Below, piece after piece: positions 61,965 to 64,000 of a stretch of 64,000 bases of DNA; position 1 is the first letter of the stretch; each line of letters starts with the position of its first letter. The notes under the pieces are model-generated. The model searched no databases. It was not told the origin of the DNA and saw only the letters and a list, made by a program, of their open reading frames with translations. The stretch is from contig JBASWU010000049.1 in NCBI GenBank assembly GCA_049276635.1, forward strand, positions 12,981-76,980, in the 5' to 3' direction. Both the position numbers and the translations under genes were made by a program. Origin of the DNA: Solirubrobacterales bacterium (GTDB lineage Bacteria > Actinomycetota > Thermoleophilia > Solirubrobacterales > JACPNS01).

Positions 61965-63536
61965 TCATGCCGTCTCGGTCCATGGCGTCGGAATTCGAGC
62001 GCCCCGGTAGCGGTAGCGGCTGACCGCTTCCGCGTTTGGCCGGAACATCTCGATGCCGCCGTCGCGAATCTCCCACTGCGGGAGAAACCGGCGGCAGATC
62101 GTCTGCCAGTTGAGACCGAGGTGTCGTTTGCGCAACCAACTCACGATCCGCCACCATGTGAAGTGGTCGAGATAGCAGAAGGTGCGCTTGGACACTCCGT
62201 GGCGGAAATAGCTGCACCAGCCCCGAAGAACGGGGTTGATTGAGCGCAGCAGGTCTGCCAGCGTTCGGTGACGTGCGCGGCGAGTAAGCCTTCGGACCTT
62301 TCCGGTGATCGCGGCCAGTGACCGCTTGGACGGGTAGGTGTAGACGGCTCGCTTGCCGGTTCGACCTTGCCACGCGCGCCGCTGGATGCGGAACCCGAGA
62401 AAGTCGAACCCCTCGTCGATATGGCAGGTTCCACTCTTCTCGTCCGAGAGGCGAAGGCCCATCGGCGCGAGCACGCTGCTGATCTCATCCCATAGCGCTT
62501 CTGCGTCTTCGCGGTTGCCGCCGACCATGACCACGAAATCGTCCGCGTAGCGGACGAGGCGGTAGGCCGGGACACCGGCGCGGCGCTTCTTGGCGCGTGT
62601 CCAATCAGGACCGAGCGCTTCCCACTTACGCGAGAAATGCTCGTCCAACACCGACAGAGCGATGTTGGCCAGCAGCGGCGAGAGAATCCCGCCTTGCGGG
62701 GTGCCAGTGAATGTTGTCCGTTTGACCCCGGCTTCCGTGAGTAGCCCAGAAGCCAGAAACGCCCGGATCAAAGCGAGGATGCGCTTGTCCGAGATTCTCG
62801 CCGCGACCCGTTCCATCAGGGCGCTGTGATTGATCTCGTCAAAGCACGCCTTGATGTCACCTTCGAACACCCACTCGTAGTTCCGGTTGGGTGATCCGAG
62901 GTAATGGATCTCGGCGATCGCATCTTGCGCGCGCCGCTTCGGGCGGAAGCCGTAACTGCACGGCTTGAAATCCGCTTCGAAGATCGGCTCAAGCACCAGC
63001 TTCAAGGATGCCTGCGCGACCCGGTCGGCTGCGGTTGGAATGCCCAGTTTGCGCAGCTTGCCGCCGCGCTTGGGAATCATTCGCTCGCGCCCCCGATCTG
63101 GGCGAAACCGCCGAGACTTCAGTTGAACCTGAAGCTCCGACAGCCATGCGCCGGGGTCGGCAATACGCGATGGGATGACCCCATCAACGCCCGCCGACCG
63201 CGAACCCTTGTTGACCCGCACCTTGCTCCACGCCACGGCGAGGAACGCCGGGTCATAGACGAGGTTGTGCAGGTCGTCGAACGCGCGGTTGCCATTAGCG
63301 ACCGCCCATCGGTGCAGCTTGGTCTGCATCGCAAGTACCCGTTGCTCGGCCTCTTCGAGGCTTGGCCACGGAGCGCCGATGTTCACCGGCGATCTCCTCA
63401 CAATGTCTGCCTGCTGCGATCTTGCTGGACCCCTTCGCCGTGTGGCCGGCTTTCCCGACCTCGGACTACTACGGGTCCTCCGCCCCATCCCGGCGACATC
63501 GGTCGGCAACGGACTTTCCCGCCCGCCAGATGACAA
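61965..63536 (-). CDS. Group II intron reverse transcriptase/maturase (no obvious HNH endonuclease domain)
   Basis: RT0 (MQTKLHRWA), RT motifs (IPKRGGKLRKLGIPTAADRVAQ, PCSYGFRPKRRAQDA, GTPQGGILSPLLANI, RYADDFVVMV) and maturase X (LRGWCSYFRHG). The true start is uncertain (63536 or ATG 63488). Confidence 0.92.
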   Translation of the reverse strand: MSSGGRESPLPTDVAGMGRRTRSSPRSGKPATRRRGPARSQQADIVRRSPVNIGAPWPSLEEAEQRVLAMQTKLHRWAVANGNRAFDDLHNLVYDPAFLAVAWSKVRVNKGSRSAGVDGVIPSRIADPGAWLSELQVQLKSRRFRPDRGRERMIPKRGGKLRKLGIPTAADRVAQASLKLVLEPIFEADFKPCSYGFRPKRRAQDAIAEIHYLGSPNRNYEWVFEGDIKACFDEINHSALMERVAARISDKRILALIRAFLASGLLTEAGVKRTTFTGTPQGGILSPLLANIALSVLDEHFSRKWEALGPDWTRAKKRRAGVPAYRLVRYADDFVVMVGGNREDAEALWDEISSVLAPMGLRLSDEKSGTCHIDEGFDFLGFRIQRRAWQGRTGKRAVYTYPSKRSLAAITGKVRRLTRRARHRTLADLLRSINPVLRGWCSYFRHGVSKRTFCYLDHFTWWRIVSWLRKRHLGLNWQTICRRFLPQWEIRDGGIEMFRPNAEAVSRYRYRGARIPTPWTETA

Positions 63537-64000
63537 CTGGTGGGTGAGGGGGTCGCCGGGATGGTTCCCACGTTCACTCTCAAACCGCTCGACCGGTTAG
63601 GTGCCCAGCTATGCCCCTGCAACTTCGCCACGACTACGCCGCAGGCATTCATCGTGGCCTCGCGATCGGCGACATCAACCGACCAACGAGTTCTCGGACA
63701 CCGAAGTGCCGATGCGCGTTGCTGCCCAGCCCGAATCTGCCAGGTTTGAGCTGGTGGGATCTCTTGAGGGGCTTTTTGCCGCTGGTTTCTCACGTACACC
63801 TTCCGGTCTTGCTTGCCGGACCCAGATCATCTGACAGTGCTGATCCGTCCCGTCGTTGTCGGGGCTGCTGTCCGTCCTGCCCGTCCGTTCCGACGGACCT
63901 GACTGCCCCCAGCTTCACCAGCGCGCTGCGACGGGCTGGAGGCGGTGTCCTTTCATCACCGCGCGGTTTGAAAGCGCCTCGTGGCGCTCGAAGTCCGCGA

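Larger units (their letters stand above)
61338..64000 (-). mobile_element. IS3-family (IS6110-like) insertion sequence, right end and 3' part; continues past the window edge
   Basis: The terminal inverted repeat starts at 61338. The C-terminal half of the transposase follows 31 nt inside it. The remainder is occupied by a group II intron. Confidence 0.8.
61858..64000 (-). mobile_element. Group II intron (3' end at about 61858; 5' end not found in the window)
   Basis: RT/maturase ORF, then canonical domain V and domain VI with a bulged A. The sequence ends ...CCGA*CCCCUAC immediately before the transposase TYV codons. There is no GUGYG 5' end at a plausible distance within 63537-64000. Confidence 0.85.

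Noticed and set aside
61369-62373. Single 334-aa ORF in the track, apparently a transposase with a long N-terminus.
   Set aside because: Only the last 162 aa (from TYVPAW) resemble IS3 OrfB. The upstream part is the open frame running through intron domains VI and V and the RT 3' end.
61965-63536. The reverse transcriptase as a possible retron, DGR, Abi or other defence-associated RT, which would be the kind of novel system suggested by the task.
   Set aside because: A canonical group II domain V, and a domain VI with a branch-point A, follow the ORF. A maturase X motif is present and the element interrupts a transposase reading frame. There is no template/variable repeat pair, no msr/msd-like structure and no effector gene.
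63950-64000. Possible intron 5' splice site GTGATG at about 63959, preceded by codons reading ...RRFQTAR or ...ADFERHEALSNRA that might be the transposase 5' exon.
   Set aside because: GUGAUG deviates from the GUGYG consensus. Joining either frame to TYVPAW gives no W-x-x-D catalytic motif. Only about 420 nt would be left for domains I-III. The 5' end is more likely beyond the window and remains unresolved.

Overview
The window is high-GC and almost fully coding. It looks like core chromosome of an Actinomycetota-like organism. The gene order uvrA, uvrB, coaE-rpsA, polA, then trpABF/CDGE-hisIE and era-ybeY-phoH, prmA-dnaJ-hrcA resembles actinobacterial core synteny, and most genes are on the minus strand. 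I support about 60 protein genes. They include the t6A operon tsaE-tsaB-rimI-tsaD, panCDB, uvrA/uvrB, rpsA, polA, a complete trp pathway, hisIE, era/ybeY/phoH and hrcA-dnaJ-prmA. I found no rRNA, tRNA or CRISPR.

The non-core content is as follows:
1. An eight-gene, translationally coupled operon at 24.2-32.4 kb. It encodes a GntR regulator, a BMP-family ABC importer, a biuret-hydrolase-like cysteine hydrolase, a catalytically dead paralogue of that hydrolase, and an amidase-signature amidase. I rate it the best candidate for an undescribed N-rich-compound catabolic system.
2. A convergent pair of secreted collagen-like (G-X-Y) proteins at 35.9-37.4 kb. One is interrupted by an in-frame TAG inside a decapeptide repeat.
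3. A vapBC (RHH/PIN) module between uvrA and uvrB.
4. An htrA protease gene inside the trp cluster.
5. At the right edge, an IS6110-like IS3-family element whose transposase gene is split by a group II intron. The RT/maturase ORF and canonical domains V and VI are visible, and a lower-GC orphan gene lies just outside the IS end.

Many long ORFs in the track are antisense or alternate-frame artefacts of the high GC content. Several true genes start well inside the listed ORFs.
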